64,000 nucleotides of DNA from Syncephalis fuscata S228 (lineage: Eukaryota; Fungi; Zoopagomycota): assembly GCA_025786725.1 (NCBI GenBank), contig JAHLTZ010000001.1:682001-746000 (forward strand). The letters are read 5' to 3'. Position numbers and translations under genes: made by a program. A model generated the notes under the pieces. That model ran no database searches. It was not told the DNA's origin and was given only the letters and a program-made list of their open reading frames with translations. Position 1 is the first letter of the stretch. Each line of letters begins with the position of its first letter. Shown here piece after piece: positions 50,507 through 64,000 of this stretch.

Positions 50507-53500
50507 TTGACGAAGCCACTTGCAACCACGTTACTTGTTGGAATTGGTGTGCGTCCGCTACTTAGCGGAGTGCCACTACAACGGATTAGCAGCCTATTTA
50601 CTGGCCAACAGTTTACTGCAATTTATCATAGAAAGCAAGCGACCTTTAATTGTCGTTCATTCTCGGCCTGTGCCATATTTTATCCCGGTTCGACAGCGTT
50701 GCATTTCCAAGTAAAGCAACAGCAACAGCAACAGCAACGTCGCACTATGCGTTGGTTCGCTCAAGTGGTTGGTACGGCCAACACAGACACTACGCCATCC
50801 ATTGTTCTACATTTTGATTCGCAACGCTACTTGTTTAATTGCGGCGAAGGCACTCAACGACTGTTTGTTGAAAATGGCGTTCGCGCAAACAAAATCACTA
50901 ATGTATTCTTAACTCGTATGAATGGGATTCTATTGGTGGCGTACCAGGTAAATAGATAGATATAAAACGTGCAAATGATGCTAATGAATGAATGTTAGGC
51001 ATGATATTGACACTTGCTGATGCGGGTGTACGTAATCTACACTTTCATGGTGGGCCCAATCTAACTCATTTATGGCGGCCAATCGTCATTTTGTGGCACG
51101 GTAAGCGATTAAATTATTAAAGAGGTAATTTTTATTAATTTATCAATGGATTTATAAATTAGATCGGGATTATCGGTTAATGTAAACGAGTATCCACTAG
51201 AAGACGATGTATTTTTTGAAGACGAAAATATGTCTGTACGTGCTGTTGAACTACTTCCCATTTCAGATACCGCCTTCACAGACAGTGAGCATAGCAGTGA
51301 AGAACAGAATAGACTAACAATGAAACGTAAACGCGTAGATGATGATAGTGTTGCTACCGACGCATCTGACGCTACACCATCGAACGAAGGCGCGATTCTA
51401 CTTAAACGACAATTTATTGTATTATGTTCCGGCACAAATAAGCGAACCATGGTTATAGAAAACCAGGAGAATACTACTGCTTCATTCCATCAGATCCAAT
51501 AAAACTTGTAGCAGCTGAACAGATTGTTGCACTGCGCAAACAATTTGGTCGACGTATGCCGCGTACACGCCCCACTCAATCGGCACTATGTTTTATCGGA
51601 CAGGGAAGAGAAGTGCAGGAAAGTTTGATCCAAAAGCGGCCATTGCTCTTGGACTTAAACCCGGTCCAATATTTGGTAAGTATGAATACAATATATATTA
51701 GTGTCGATCTCATACCCTTAATGAATAGCTAAATTGAAAGGAGGAGAAGCGGTCACGGCACCAGATGGCAGAGTTATTCAGCCACATCAAGTTGTTGGGC
51801 CATCACATCCAGGAGCAGTAAGTATAACATTAGAATGGTAATTAATCAATAAATAATAGAGATTTTATTATTTGTTTATTATAGATATTTGCGGTTATTG
51901 ACTGTCCATCAATTGACTACGTTGATGCTTTAATGGCTTCGGAAGAACTTGCGGCTTTACAAACGACAAAGGAATCTGCCGCACCTCGTTGTATGTTCCA
52001 CCTACTAGGTGAAGGTGTCATTGAACATCCAGAGTTTCAAGCATGGCTTGGTAAATTCTCTTCCAAAACCCAGGTAAGCCATATTTATTAAAAGTAACAA
52101 ATAGTGATACAATATATATATAGCATATTATTCTGTCCAAAGAATGTACACCAGCAATTACTCAATTCCGTAAAAGTGCCGAATGTCAGCTACGGTTAAA
52201 TAGACTTGATTCAACTATATTTCCTCTATCTTATGCAACTAATCAGCCTCAAACCGTGTTAAATCAAGGTAATTAGCGCTAGTATTATATAATATGACTA
52301 GTACTTAAACACATGTACAAATTAGTTTTAAGAAATTACCAAATGCTTCAGTGGGTGAGACGGGCCTTATTTACATGATGGAGCCCAAGCCATGCTTTGA
52401 TCGATCCCAAGTACCTAGTGAGACCGACTATAGCTGGTCTGGTTCGGTAGGACAAGGCATTAAAGAGCGTGTAGATTTTACAACAGCCATCAATGAAGCC
52501 CATAAGACATTGGCAGAAGTAGGAAAGGATATCTCTGATGTAAAACAACCAGGTGAAGATATCGTTGTAGTAACCTTGGGCACTGGATCGGCTCTACCTT
52601 CTAAATGTCGTAATGGTAATTATAGCATTGTTAGTTGTTATTTCTACTAATATTAATAATGATGTTGAATATAATTGTTAGTGAGTGCCACATTACTACA
52701 AATACCCGATGTGGGCAACATATTACTTGATGCTGGTGAAGGAACACTCGGTCAACTACGACGTCATTTCGACACTGATACTACGGGTGTAAATAATGCT
52801 GAAGCATGTATAAGACAGTTACGAATGTATTTGTATCTCATTTACATGCTGATCATCATTTGGGCATTATTCGAGTATTATTACAATGGCAACAGGTAAT
52901 TACACATAACTATCAATAACTGTTATATGTATATACTAAGTAATTACTAGTAAGAAAGATGGATCAATTAGCGTTAGGGGATGCGGCCAACCAACATCCA
53001 TTATATATTGTTGGGCCATGGCGTTTCTGGACTTGGCTACAAGAATATAATGGTATTGAGCCATTATCCTTGTCAAATATACGATTTATAGGTGCACCTG
53101 ATCTACATTACACGTTACCTACGACAACATGGTCTGAAAGGTAATGATTTTAATTTTATTATTATGAATAATATTAACCAATTATAATATAAATAGCATT
53201 CAAAAGATGCTAGCTTCTCTTTGTTTAACAGCCATTCGCACTACTGATGTTATCCATTGTCCAATGGCTTATGGTATTAGTATTGAGCATGAAAGTGGCT
53301 GGAAGATTGTGTAGGTATAGTGCAATTAATAGATAGATAAACTAATGTTTTGTCTATAGCTATTCAGGCGATACACGCCCTTGTAACAAACTAGTAGACA
53401 TGGGCCAAGATGCAACACTGCTTATCCATGAAGCCACTCTAGAAGACACAATGCAACAAGAAGCGATTGATAAAAAGCATAGCACAACATCAGAAGCAGT

Positions 53501-53835
53501 TGATATTGGCCAACGGTAAGCAGAGTAATAGCATCTATTTAGATACAGTCACTAACACAGAGATGCATAGTATGAATGCCTATTCTATCCTACTGACGCA
53601 TTTCAGTCAACGGTATCCACGTATTCCACCATTGAACTATATTCCACCCCGTACAGGATTTGCCTTTGATATGATGCGTGTGGCTATTCGTGATCTATGG
53701 AAGATGCCGGTCATGCTACCAGCCGTGCGTGCTCTCTTCCCCGATAACGATAAATCATTGGCAGAAGAGGAGGAGGAGGGGGCAGTGATGAAGAAGAAAA
53801 GAAAGCAGAGAAAAAGAAAGAAACTGCTAAACTAA
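50507..53835 (+). CDS. TRZ1: Long-form tRNase Z (ELAC2/Trz1); first AUG at 50747
   Basis: [17 protein letters not shown] exosite, [59 protein letters not shown]. Confidence 0.95.
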
Positions 53836-53965
53836 GAAAAAAATAGCTAAAGCATAATTATAATTAATATGAATAAAAAGCACTAATAAATTATGTTTAT
53901 TGAAGTAAATCACGAGCCATCTAATCAAATACAATTTACATTAGTTATTATTTTATATTAATTAA

Positions 53966-55060
53966 TCAATGTGTATTAATTACCTCAATTGAATCCAGTG
54001 TAGCAATTTCTTGTAATTGTGCATGTGTTCGACCAATTTTCTGTGATCCTTTACTATCATCACCACTGTGAATATCATCCATATCTTCATCATCGCTTTG
54101 TTTGTCATCGACCATGGCTGTCTGGCGGTTACGCTTTCGATCAATTGCTTTACGTTCATCGATGGCAACACGTGTGGCCATACCAAGATAGACATCGCGT
54201 GTAGTGGGAGGGACTGGTTTGGTTTGCCATGTTGGTTGTTCAGCCGTTATACGTAGTGATTTCATTGATTTCTCAAGTAGCTTTGCTTGTTTTACAATAA
54301 ATTTGACTTCATCTTCTTTAACAATATCTAATCATTACAACAATTACATTAATATATACATATATGTATGTGTGTGTATTTATATATACACATATGTATA
54401 TGGATTACCTGGTGTTGATTCGGTGGCTGTAACAATTAAATTCGTCTTTTCCGCCATAGTTTGTAAACGATTTAATAAATGATTAATTTTAGGCATTTGA
54501 TTCTTAATCATACTATTAACAGTTAATGTCTAAATTGTATATATGATACATTAATACATCATTTACCATATTATATTAAATACCAATTCTATATATATAT
54601 ATACTTACACTTTGTAACGTATCTCGTACTTGTTCCAATTCTTTTTGTAAAAGTTTTGGATCTTGCGATGTTTCATCAGTTGATATATCCTAATATTAAT
54701 AATAAGTCAAGTACAAGTATACCATTAATAACTATTATTACTCGCTACCTTGTAATGTGGCAATATAATGGGTAGATTATCAGGAATAGTAAGTATATGG
54801 TTTAGCGTATACAGTTCAAATATATCGAAATAATAGTCAATATTATGTTCAAGTATTGTTTCAAGCTGGTTCATGCCCGTCTCGGTATGATCGCCAACAC
54901 CTTGATGTTCTTCGGCAAATTCCTGGAATGTCGTGGTTGCTTCATAGAGCAGTTCATTGATTGCGTTGATGACGTCGTCTACCAGCGTCAATGGCATGAA
55001 TCCAAGGTGTTCAGCCAGTAATTCATTCTTATACTGCTGTTCAAGTTCTTTGTCTGTCAT
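53966..55060 (-). CDS. MIS12: Kinetochore protein Mis12/Mtw1
   Basis: LLAEHLGFMPLTLVDDVINAINELLY...GMNQLETILEHNIDYYFDIFELYTLNHILTIP. Confidence 0.88.
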
Positions 55061-55279
55061 GACGCGTATATTTAATAGGGGCAATAAAATGACAAGAAAA
55101 AGCACAATGAATCAAGCAAAAGAGTCAAAAAAATAAACAAAATGGTTCTTATCAAACGTGTATTCCAAGCGTTATTATTATAGTAATCACAGTTGAATAT
55201 AAATATTAATAGTGACTTGTACTAATAAATCACCAATTGACTCATTGACTAATTGATTGATTATTGACTAAATAACAAT

Positions 55280-56461
55280 ATGCCAGACGTGTTTTTATAC
55301 TATTTATTAATTGAACTATTGCTATGGAGTATTTGTTTACTTGGTGCTTGGACGGCTGTATGGTCTGTTGTTTTACTACGACCAAAATCACCACTACGGC
55401 TTACCGTGTTACTTATCGGTCTTATCGCTTGTATGGGACCCCTGTTAAGGCTTATTGCCCCGGCACTACTGCTACCACTGCCCCTTCCCTTCTTAAATGA
55501 TCTAGCTTATAAGATTAGCTATATAAGATTTATTGGCCATAGTCTTGTCTTTATACTAGGCAATTTAGCGACGTTAACATTTATTCGCGCCCATCTACCA
55601 TGGAAGCACTGGGCAGCTGGTTGGGGCCCATCACTGTGGGTAGCTCTACCTTGCACTACACTACTGCTAATAGACCGCGTGCTATGGCTTCTTTCCCTAA
55701 CACGTATGGAACAGCACTCGTTTATGGCTGAACCGGGCCCGATTGGCCTATGGGCCCCCACATTCATTGCCGAATCCATCCACTGGTCAGTTTATGGCCT
55801 TATTCGCGTTACCATCATACTATCCGCCAGCTTTGTTATCTACGCTCGGTCACCTGCCATTATTAGTGTAGCATCTACCGCACCAGTTAATCATAGTGGT
55901 AACACTCAACCGATAGATGTTCAGTCAAAGAAGTCCTTTGCTTCATCAAGTGCTGTTGCTGCTATTTATCGACGTGTCTGGACTCGTCATTTACAGCACA
56001 ACCTTTGTATTAATGTTATTATTCTACACACTATAATGATGATGTCAGTATCCTTAGGCCTATTGGCCTGTCATTCTTGGATAATTGCATCAGTTAGTCA
56101 CCACTTAAACGGTATGTAGTCTACAGAACAACACACAAGCACATAATACTGGTTTTTATGAATTAATTGGCCTTTGGAATTATTAATAGACACGCTAGAT
56201 GTTTTATTATTATCTTGGTGCTGCTATCATACACCTATTCCTACTTCAAGAAGTGGCAACACTACTATTACAACAACAGTCGATTGTACTCACTGTCACC
56301 ATTGCCATTCAGTACCTACAGTTGACAGTACGAATAGTATACCATGTTGCGAGAGATGTATGCAAGAACGTGGTCACTGTGCTCTAGTCCATCACCATCT
56401 CTATCCAAGACATGAAGGAACGATAGAACCAATACTGCCTGGAAATATGACTGAGTGTTAA
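55280..56461 (+). CDS. Multi-pass membrane protein of unknown function with a Cys/His-rich C-terminus
   Basis: 279-aa ORF with 6-7 hydrophobic segments, gtatgt donor at about 56113, and a downstream exon with CTHCHHCH...CCERC. Confidence 0.6.
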
Positions 56462-57010
56462 ATGTTTGTTTAATCTACTGTGTTCACAATGCAGTCGCTA
56501 TTCAAAATAGCCGCCTATGCTTTGAAGGTCATCCTTGCATAGACCAGTATCTATTTCGGGTAAACAAATTACTTTTCTTCCTTTGTTGCCATTTAACAAA
56601 AAACAACATGCTATAAAATAGTAGAACTGTGCCTTGACTTTTGTTCTCCGCTTGCTTGTGTGCCTAGCATTTTTCTCCATTGACTTGGTTCTTTATCATT
56701 TAAACACCCCTTCGTTAGTTTGTTTTATTGATTATTATTTTTACTTATCATTGTGCAGGTCTTCACTCTGCATCTTATAGCTTTGCCCTCTGTGGTAGTT
56801 TGCTGTGCGTGTTATTCCTTTCTCCTAAACCGGTTAACTTGTTTCAGTCCCACTTGTCTATTTATACATAATCTAAAGAGAAAACATCTTGGCTTGTTGC
56901 TTTTGTTTCTCTGCTTTATGCTTTATGCTCTATTCAATCGACTTCAATCAACCTAATTTTTCTTAGACGTTGCTGGTTTACTACGCGAAAATATCCCGTT
57001 ATCGTACAGG

Positions 57011-59918
57011 ATGCGTTGCGGTCTAACCTATACACTGGCTGCTGCTTTCATAGCAGCTGTCGTGGGATCGGGTGTTCTAGTAAATGCGCAACAGCAATCA
57101 CCACCGCTAGCGCCGATACCGGCTCCGAATCCCACTCCCTCCCCTCCATCTACTCCACCTGCTACGGGCAATAACAATAACAACAATGCACCGGCAACGA
57201 CGCCAGCTGCTCCAACTTTACCGGCCAACAATGGAGGTACAATTAGTCCAGAAGATATCCTTAAAGCATCTAAAGTATTCAAGTTAAAGCAAGTTCCTGG
57301 CACTGAATCTAGACACAACTGTACCTATCTTTCAACGCCACAGCGTGCGGATGGCGCCAACGATGAGTGGACCTGTCCCGCTGGTAGCTTTTGTATAACT
57401 AAAGGACATCAAGAGCCTTGCACTAAAGGCTTTATGTGTCCACCGAATACGGCTCAGCCTTTCTATTGTTGTGCTGGCTATTACTGTCCTTCACCAAAAG
57501 AGATTGAAATTTGTCCATCTGGCAAGTTCTGTCCACTGGGTAGTGTTACCACTCAAGGCTGTCACTTCTTAGCCTCCTGTCCTGAAGGTACAAGCACTGT
57601 ATCTAAATTTGGTGTCGTTATCTTATTTGCGGCATTAATGCTGGTTGTGGCTTTGGTAAGTCAACTGATATGCAGCTAATCATTTGATGCACTAACTAAT
57701 GTTTATTATAGTTCTTTTCGATTAAAAATAGACTTAATCGACTTAAACAGGCCAAATACAAGCACCTATTGCAGTTTGGTTATGGCGATGCAGATGAATC
57801 GGCCAAGGTTGACTTGGGCGAGGTAGAGAAAACGTTCAACATTGCCTTTACCGATCTTGGCTTGACTTTAAACAACGGCGTAAAGATTATGGCCGGTGTT
57901 ACTGGTCAGCTATCATCTGGTCGATCCTGTGCTATTCTCGGCCCTTCTGGTGCTGGTAAAACGACATTTGTTTCGCTACTTACCGGTAAAGCGATAAAGA
58001 CCAATGGCACGATTACTCTTAATGGCATTGAAGAACCGCTAAGCAAGTATCAAAAGCTTATTGGATTTGTACCGCAAGAAGATGTTATGCTACGTGAATT
58101 AACAGTTCGAGACATTCTAATCCACTCGGCACTTATGCGTCTACCCAAAGAACTGCCATTACATGCCAAAAAGAAGAAGGTACTTGAAACAATTACCTAT
58201 TTAGAACTTGGCCATGTTATGGACAGTGTTATCGGCGATGAATCCACTCGTGGTATTTCTGGTGGTCAACGCAAGCGTGTTAACATTGGTATGGAACTTG
58301 TAGCCAACCCATCGGTACTATTCCTTGACGAACCAACCTCTGGACTTGACTCGGCCACTTCCTACGAAGTGTGTGCTCTACTACGTAACATTGCTCACAA
58401 ACAAAAGTTAACTGTCGCTGCAGTAATCCACTCACCGTCTCCGCAAGCATTTGATCAATTTGACGATTTATTGGTACTTGGTAAAGGCGGCCGTGTTGTC
58501 TACATTGGCCCGCGTGATCAGGCACTCGATTATTTCCATCGTATTGGTTTTACCTGTCCACCTGGCGATAATCCAGCCGATTTCTACATTGCTGTTACTT
58601 CAGGCAAAGTACGCTCCGCTTTCTCGGCCGACTTCCATCCAGACGATCTATTTACCTATTGGGAACGTCATTTACGCGGCGAAGAGCCATTTATACCAGC
58701 ACCACGTAACGGTCGATTCCACCGCCTAACCATTCTTGAGAAGGGCGTTAAAGGACAGAATGACAATGGCCGTGAAGGTATTGGCGGTTTTTTAGCAGAA
58801 ATTGGTGCAGCTATAGGCTCGGCCGTTGGTGATACAATTGCTTATTTCCGCGATGTATTTTCTGAACTAGGCCGTACACTGCATTCATGCGTCTTTATAT
58901 GCGAATCAGATCCAGTACGCGACACAGCCAATCCACTTACCGCATTTGTTCTTTGCTTTAAACGAGCCTGTCTGCAAATCTACCGATCACGCAACCAATT
59001 TATTTATGACCAACTATTGCATCTGGCTGTGGTACATTTATTAGTATTGCCGCTCGTCAGTTTGACTACTTGGGCGTGCAACCAGATTCTATCTGTGATG
59101 TAACACCGGCTGCTTTACAGCCATACTGCAGATTACCCGTCGATCATATTGCCCAGGCCGGTGTATTTGTCTCGCTTGGTGTTCTGTTCTCTGGTATTAG
59201 CTGTGGTGCTGCCACCTTTGGCAATGAAAAGGTTGTCTACTGGCGTGATACAGCAGCTGGCATGAAGACCATTCCCTATTTCCTCGCCAAGGTCATTGCT
59301 GATTTGCCTCGCGTATTTGTAGCTGCCGTTTGTTTCTCTTTATCGTTTATTGCATTCTTCCCTTATCGTAGCAAATACGTCTTTTTGCTAACTATCATTA
59401 CATTGCTCTATTTCTCGGCCTTTGCCATGGGTAAGTCAGTTATATGAATGATTTATTTATTAATTGATTGATTAACTAATTAATTATATTATTTATATAG
59501 GCTATTTTGTATCGGTTATTGTCTCAAAGGAGACTGCCGGATTGGTTTGCACGGCATTTGCTTTAGCATGGGCCATGTTATTCAGTGGTGTCATTCCTGA
59601 CTTGACCGAAGTTTACACGGATCCAGTCTACAGCTATGTAAAAGTCTTTTGGCAAGTATCATCGCCTAGATATGCTATTGAAGCATTATTTATTAAAGAA
59701 GTGGCGGCACGGCCATTTGAAGAAATCCATACCAAGCCACTTCCCCATAATTACAAACTAGATAGTAAGTTGCTCGTTTATTGCTTTTTACTTATACTTA
59801 CCAAATTGTCTATTTAGACTATGGCATGTCATTGGCATGGATGGTGGTCATCGGCATTGGATGGAACGTATTGGCAATCATATTTATGAAATTGACCCAC
59901 CGGGAAAAGACAAAATAA
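57011..59918 (+). CDS. Half-size ABCG transporter with N-terminal extracellular Cys-rich domain
   Basis: Signal peptide, CPAGSFC/CCAGYYCP/CPSGKFCP repeats, TM helix, Walker A GPSGAGKT, ISGGQRKR, LFLDEPTSGLD, C-terminal TMD; frameshift near 59030. Confidence 0.93.
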
Positions 59919-60149
59919 GCAAGCTAGCCATTTTGCGATAGATGATCGTTTCGTGTGTTATTAGACTGTTTTCAAATCTTCGTATTCAGTGCCATTTGGT
60001 GTGCATATTATTGATGTGTGTGTGCACATACAGTATAGGAACAGGGTATATGCACACTAACCAATACTATAATTACGAAATAAATCAATCAATTTTTCGT
60101 ATTACATTTCAATAGTGTCTATTACTGTATTACTATCCATATATGCATA

Positions 60150-62237
60150 ATGGATCGTTCAATAACTGGTGTGCTTTATTCCGCGACACTTTATTCAGCA
60201 TCATCAAATCATAAGAAGCATGGTCGAGACGATGCAGTATCCTATCCAATATCCCAGGAAGATTGGGATAGAGAGATTGCTAATGCATCGAGAATGAACT
60301 CACAGCATATATCAGCGCTTCAAGAAAGCGACACTACTAACAAGCCATGTAAAATGGCCAAGCTTGCATTGCCATCAGTTATTTCAATTTCTCAATTACT
60401 ATCAAGTAAAATACAAGCAGCAAGTATAGCATTAATTTATACATAATTTGCTAATATCAATTAATAGAGAATTCAAGGTACATTTATTTTCAATAATGCT
60501 ATATCATTAGACAATGACTAATGCTACTAATATCGCTATATAGGTGTCGTAGTAAATGTTGACTATCCACGGGCATCGACTATCACCAAGTCACTGGCTA
60601 TTAAGCAGTTGCCACAGATGACCATGTACCTGGTAGATACAACAGGCATTATTTTAGTTACGATTAAACATACAAATGATGCACCAACTATTATGGCAAC
60701 GGTAAGTCAGTTGAATAAATCAGTAATTATGCTGTAATAACGTTCACTATTTTGTAGATTGGCGATAAAGTTGAAGTAACTTGTCTTCAATTGCAACCAT
60801 CTGATTCTAGATATGGACCGTCCAATGTAAAAAACCACTTTGAAGTGGCAATAACTTATGAGCAGCTACGCCATTTATCAGATACAGATGAATGTCATTT
60901 ATTGATCATTTAGCATTGTGGATTCCCAATTATCCAACTAAACAAATAGCAACATGCCACATACTAACTTTAATGGCCACCATGCATTTCAAATTATTGT
61001 AAACGTAAAAAGTGTAAGGTACATGGCCAGGAATGAATTTGATATTTACGTTATTCTACCACCCCCAGATATCTGACGTGAGCATGGTTCAGACTCGATA
61101 TGGCTTAACGGCCAAACGTATCATAAAATTAACAGACCATTTACTAACCAATGCTGCAATTGAGCTGGTCCTATGGGGCAACTTTACTAGTGCTGCCAAT
61201 CACTGGCATCCTAATAAGACAGGTAGATACAAATACAGATGTAAACAAAAATATTAAAATTAGTGTAGTGTTGTTATTTGTTAATCCAATTGTGTCAATG
61301 TATAAGAGAAACACCCAACTATGTATAAAACAACAAACACTTGTTTATATCAATCCTGTTATAGACAATACAATGGTACAGTTTAGTGTAATACTACTGT
61401 AAATATTCTTATTTAAACTAGACAAATTCGTCGTGTCATGGCAATTACCAAACACAGATACAATTAACTAGTACTAAAAAGCCAGAATTGCTCAAGGCAT
61501 TAATTGATCTTAATCAATGTAAGAGTCATGTCAATTATACATTTTACATCAATATCTAATTTACTATTTAGTGCAACCTATGACTGATGGAATAGTATAT
61601 GCCTACATAGGTAGATTCGATATTGATCGACCAGAAGTAAATCTAGCTATAATTAAATGGTAAGCTTATAGCTAAATTGAAGTAGTGTTGTAATATTAAA
61701 TGGATTATAGTGGTGGAAAATCCGTTAATCGTTCTATAACGGTAAACAAAAATACTTCCCGTCCTAGCCTATGTACTATTTGCAAGAAAGATATCAAATC
61801 AAATCATGTTGTTTATCAACTAAGCGGTAATCTATCATTTATGGATGCCAGTGGTGAACTGCATCACTTTGAGATTAGTGAACATGCTGCGGAACAATTA
61901 ATAGGCCTCAATGTAAGTATTATAATTCTAGTTTTAAAACTAATCTAGCATAGGCATACAACTTTTATAGTTCAAGTCTTAAGATAAAAACAAACATTAA
62001 GGTAAATAGAGCAACTACATTATTAAACAGAATTAATAAACTAAATTTTAGACCAAATTGCTTTTTGAGCCTATTTGTATACGGTTTGAGGTACAGTATA
62101 TGGATATAACATAAAGAACATAGCAGTTAAACCCACTATTGTAGATAACAAGCCATGGTATTCCTCGGCTATTAGAGATTACCAATATTACACTTGGCAA
62201 AATGCTTAATACATTGCAATCAATTGAACAACAATAA
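60150..62237 (+). CDS. Multi-OB-fold ssDNA-binding protein (RPA1/MEIOB/SHLD2-like) with Zn ribbon
   Basis: GVVVNVDYP, IKLTD...IELVLWGN, LLFVNPIVSMYK, CTICKK, LSFMDASGEL...AAEQLIG; about ten short introns. Confidence 0.6.
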
Positions 62238-62478
62238 TAAGAATTAATAAACGTGTTTATCTATATAAATTATACTATATTTATATAGATAAAGCTATTT
62301 ACACATACACAACTTTAATAGTAATTTGTGATCATATATATTAATGGTGGCGTTTTTCTATAAAAAATACGTGTAAATGTGTAACTTTTTGTTTTTGCTC
62401 TAATTGTCAACATGAGTCACCGAACGAGCATCTGTGTTACGCAATTGGTTCTCGTTCTATTTGTTCTTTTTTGCTCGC

Positions 62479-64000
62479 ATGAGCACTTCAGCATCATTAC
62501 CGTCATCTCCACATGACGGCGAGGAAGAGGTGCCAATGCCTACTAGTAGCCACAACACATCAGTCTTGGAACAACAGCCGCGACAGCAAGTATTAACCAC
62601 AACGGTAGGCGGCATTTTATAAATATAAAACCATCATACAAGCCTTACATGCCAACTGCCGATAGCTCACCGACTAATCTGACGACATTGCATTTAGGAA
62701 TCTGTGATGGCTAACAAGGATATTCCTGAATATGAAGCCATCAAACAGATTATTCTGCGAAAAGAGAAACTGCAAGCCCAATTAAAGAAAGTCTACAAGC
62801 AAGTGGCTGAGCTTGAACGGGAATTAGCGGAAATACGCCAGACAGAAACTCCATCGGCCATTGTATCAAATAAAAGAAGAAATGAGGCAATGTAAGTGTA
62901 GATTGATACTGATTTAGACTAATCATTATTTAATAAAATTAGCGAGGATGATATACTCAGAAATGAATTGATTAGCAGGAATGATTATGAGCTTTATTGC
63001 GCTATGGCAACAAAAAAACCAAAGAAGAATACGTTAACTCTAAGGTCGCAGTCACTGGAACAATTGTTGGCATCAGAGAAACACTTATCGCTACTAGTGA
63101 AGGAGAATGAGCTTGAATGGGTGAGCAAATAGCCAAAAGAGAATACTGCCAAACTGACTGACTGTGGACATTGATAGGCAAGTGCTATATCTAGGCTGAA
63201 TTTCAGTGTTGTTGAAACGTATTTGGCACCACTAAGAAAGGGTGGTAAGCAATTATAACACAGTATTTAGTGCAATAGATATAACTAACAGCTATCCAGC
63301 TGGAAATAAGAGAGTTTACAAGATGTATGGCCGCACAATAGATAGTAATCTGCCATTTAACGCGCTGATGGAAGTTCATGAAGCAGATAAAACTGTTCTT
63401 AATCTAAACATTCGTGTTAGTTATAAAATGCAGTGTGAAATGAACCAGCACCTGAAACTGTAAGTACAAGGATACAGTAGTGGCAGTATTATTTATAGTT
63501 GTATTCTAGTATAGAAAAAGAGTGTCATTTACTTAAATTCTTTCGTTTGGTAACCGATTACGCAAAATTAAATGTTCAGCGATCCGAGATATTTTACAGC
63601 CTAGCGTGTAAATATGAACAATTCCGAGAACCATCCAAGCAGAAAACTGTATCTAATTCTAGTGAAGATGAAATAAAGAAGGATGATGCGAAACAAGCAG
63701 CTGAGGAAATATTCTTACGGTTTATCGGTCCAGAGTATGAATAATATATTGATTGCTATTTTATCAACTAACGCAGTGCATACTTGTATTATTTTGTAGA
63801 TCTACTTCTCCAGAGCTTGTTTTTATTTGGACAATGCAAGTTGACGACTATGCACATGTCACCCCAAATGTACAATTAGTAGTGCACCTGCCATCACAAG
63901 GTAAGAGCAGACTAATAGTATGCTTTGGCAATCATTGGAACTAACAAGTCATAGTGGTAGATTCAGAGGCAGAATATCGTATGAATTGTATTGTCAAAAA
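62479..64000 (+). CDS. CENPP: Centromere protein CENP-P/Ctf19-like (runs off the window end)
   Basis: N-terminal coiled coil; ECHLLKFFRLVTDYAKLNVQRSEIFYSLACKY and PELVFIWTMQVDDYAHVTPNVQL resemble the CENP-P RWD region as I recall it. Confidence 0.7.

Noticed and set aside
62256-62293. 15-bp inverted repeat TTTATCTATATAAAT...ATTTATATAGATAAA
   Set aside because: Almost purely AT, single copy, no element structure; plausible by chance.
1-64000. Programmed frameshifting or an alternative genetic code as the cause of broken ORFs
   Set aside because: Breaks are scattered 1-nt losses that differ between near-identical duplicates, and intact genes translate normally with the standard code.
1-64000. 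U12-type introns, tRNA or rRNA genes
   Set aside because: No RTATCCTT donor at an exon boundary and no recognisable structural RNA found by eye; a covariance-model search would be needed to exclude them.

Overview
Eukaryotic, AT-rich, gene-dense DNA with short (about 45-90 nt) introns, typical of an early-diverging fungus (Zoopagomycota/Mucoromycota-like; this is inference). Housekeeping genes: acetyl-CoA carboxylase, an RNPC3 (U11/U12-65K)-like gene, a cytochrome P450, two PB1-domain genes, a HAPSTR1-like gene, a Pps1-type phosphatase, a GH15 hydrolase, ATG18, WRAP73, RNase Z, MIS12, an ABCG transporter, an OB-fold protein and CENP-P. An intronless secretome island (about 32.7-49.9 kb) holds four secreted SMP-30/gluconolactonase beta-propellers (one apparently catalytically dead, with a DDY-repeat tail), a trypsin, three GPI-type Cys-rich paralogs in graded decay and an SVWC-like pseudogene. 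Not shown in the ORF track: two degraded copies of a Fanzor/TnpB-like RuvC nuclease C-terminus (about 9.6-10.0 kb and 20.9-21.1 kb), a candidate non-AUG mitochondrial presequence on RNase Z, microexons and GC-AG introns. Many essential genes carry single-base frameshifts, most likely assembly errors, so coordinates and pseudogene calls need caution.
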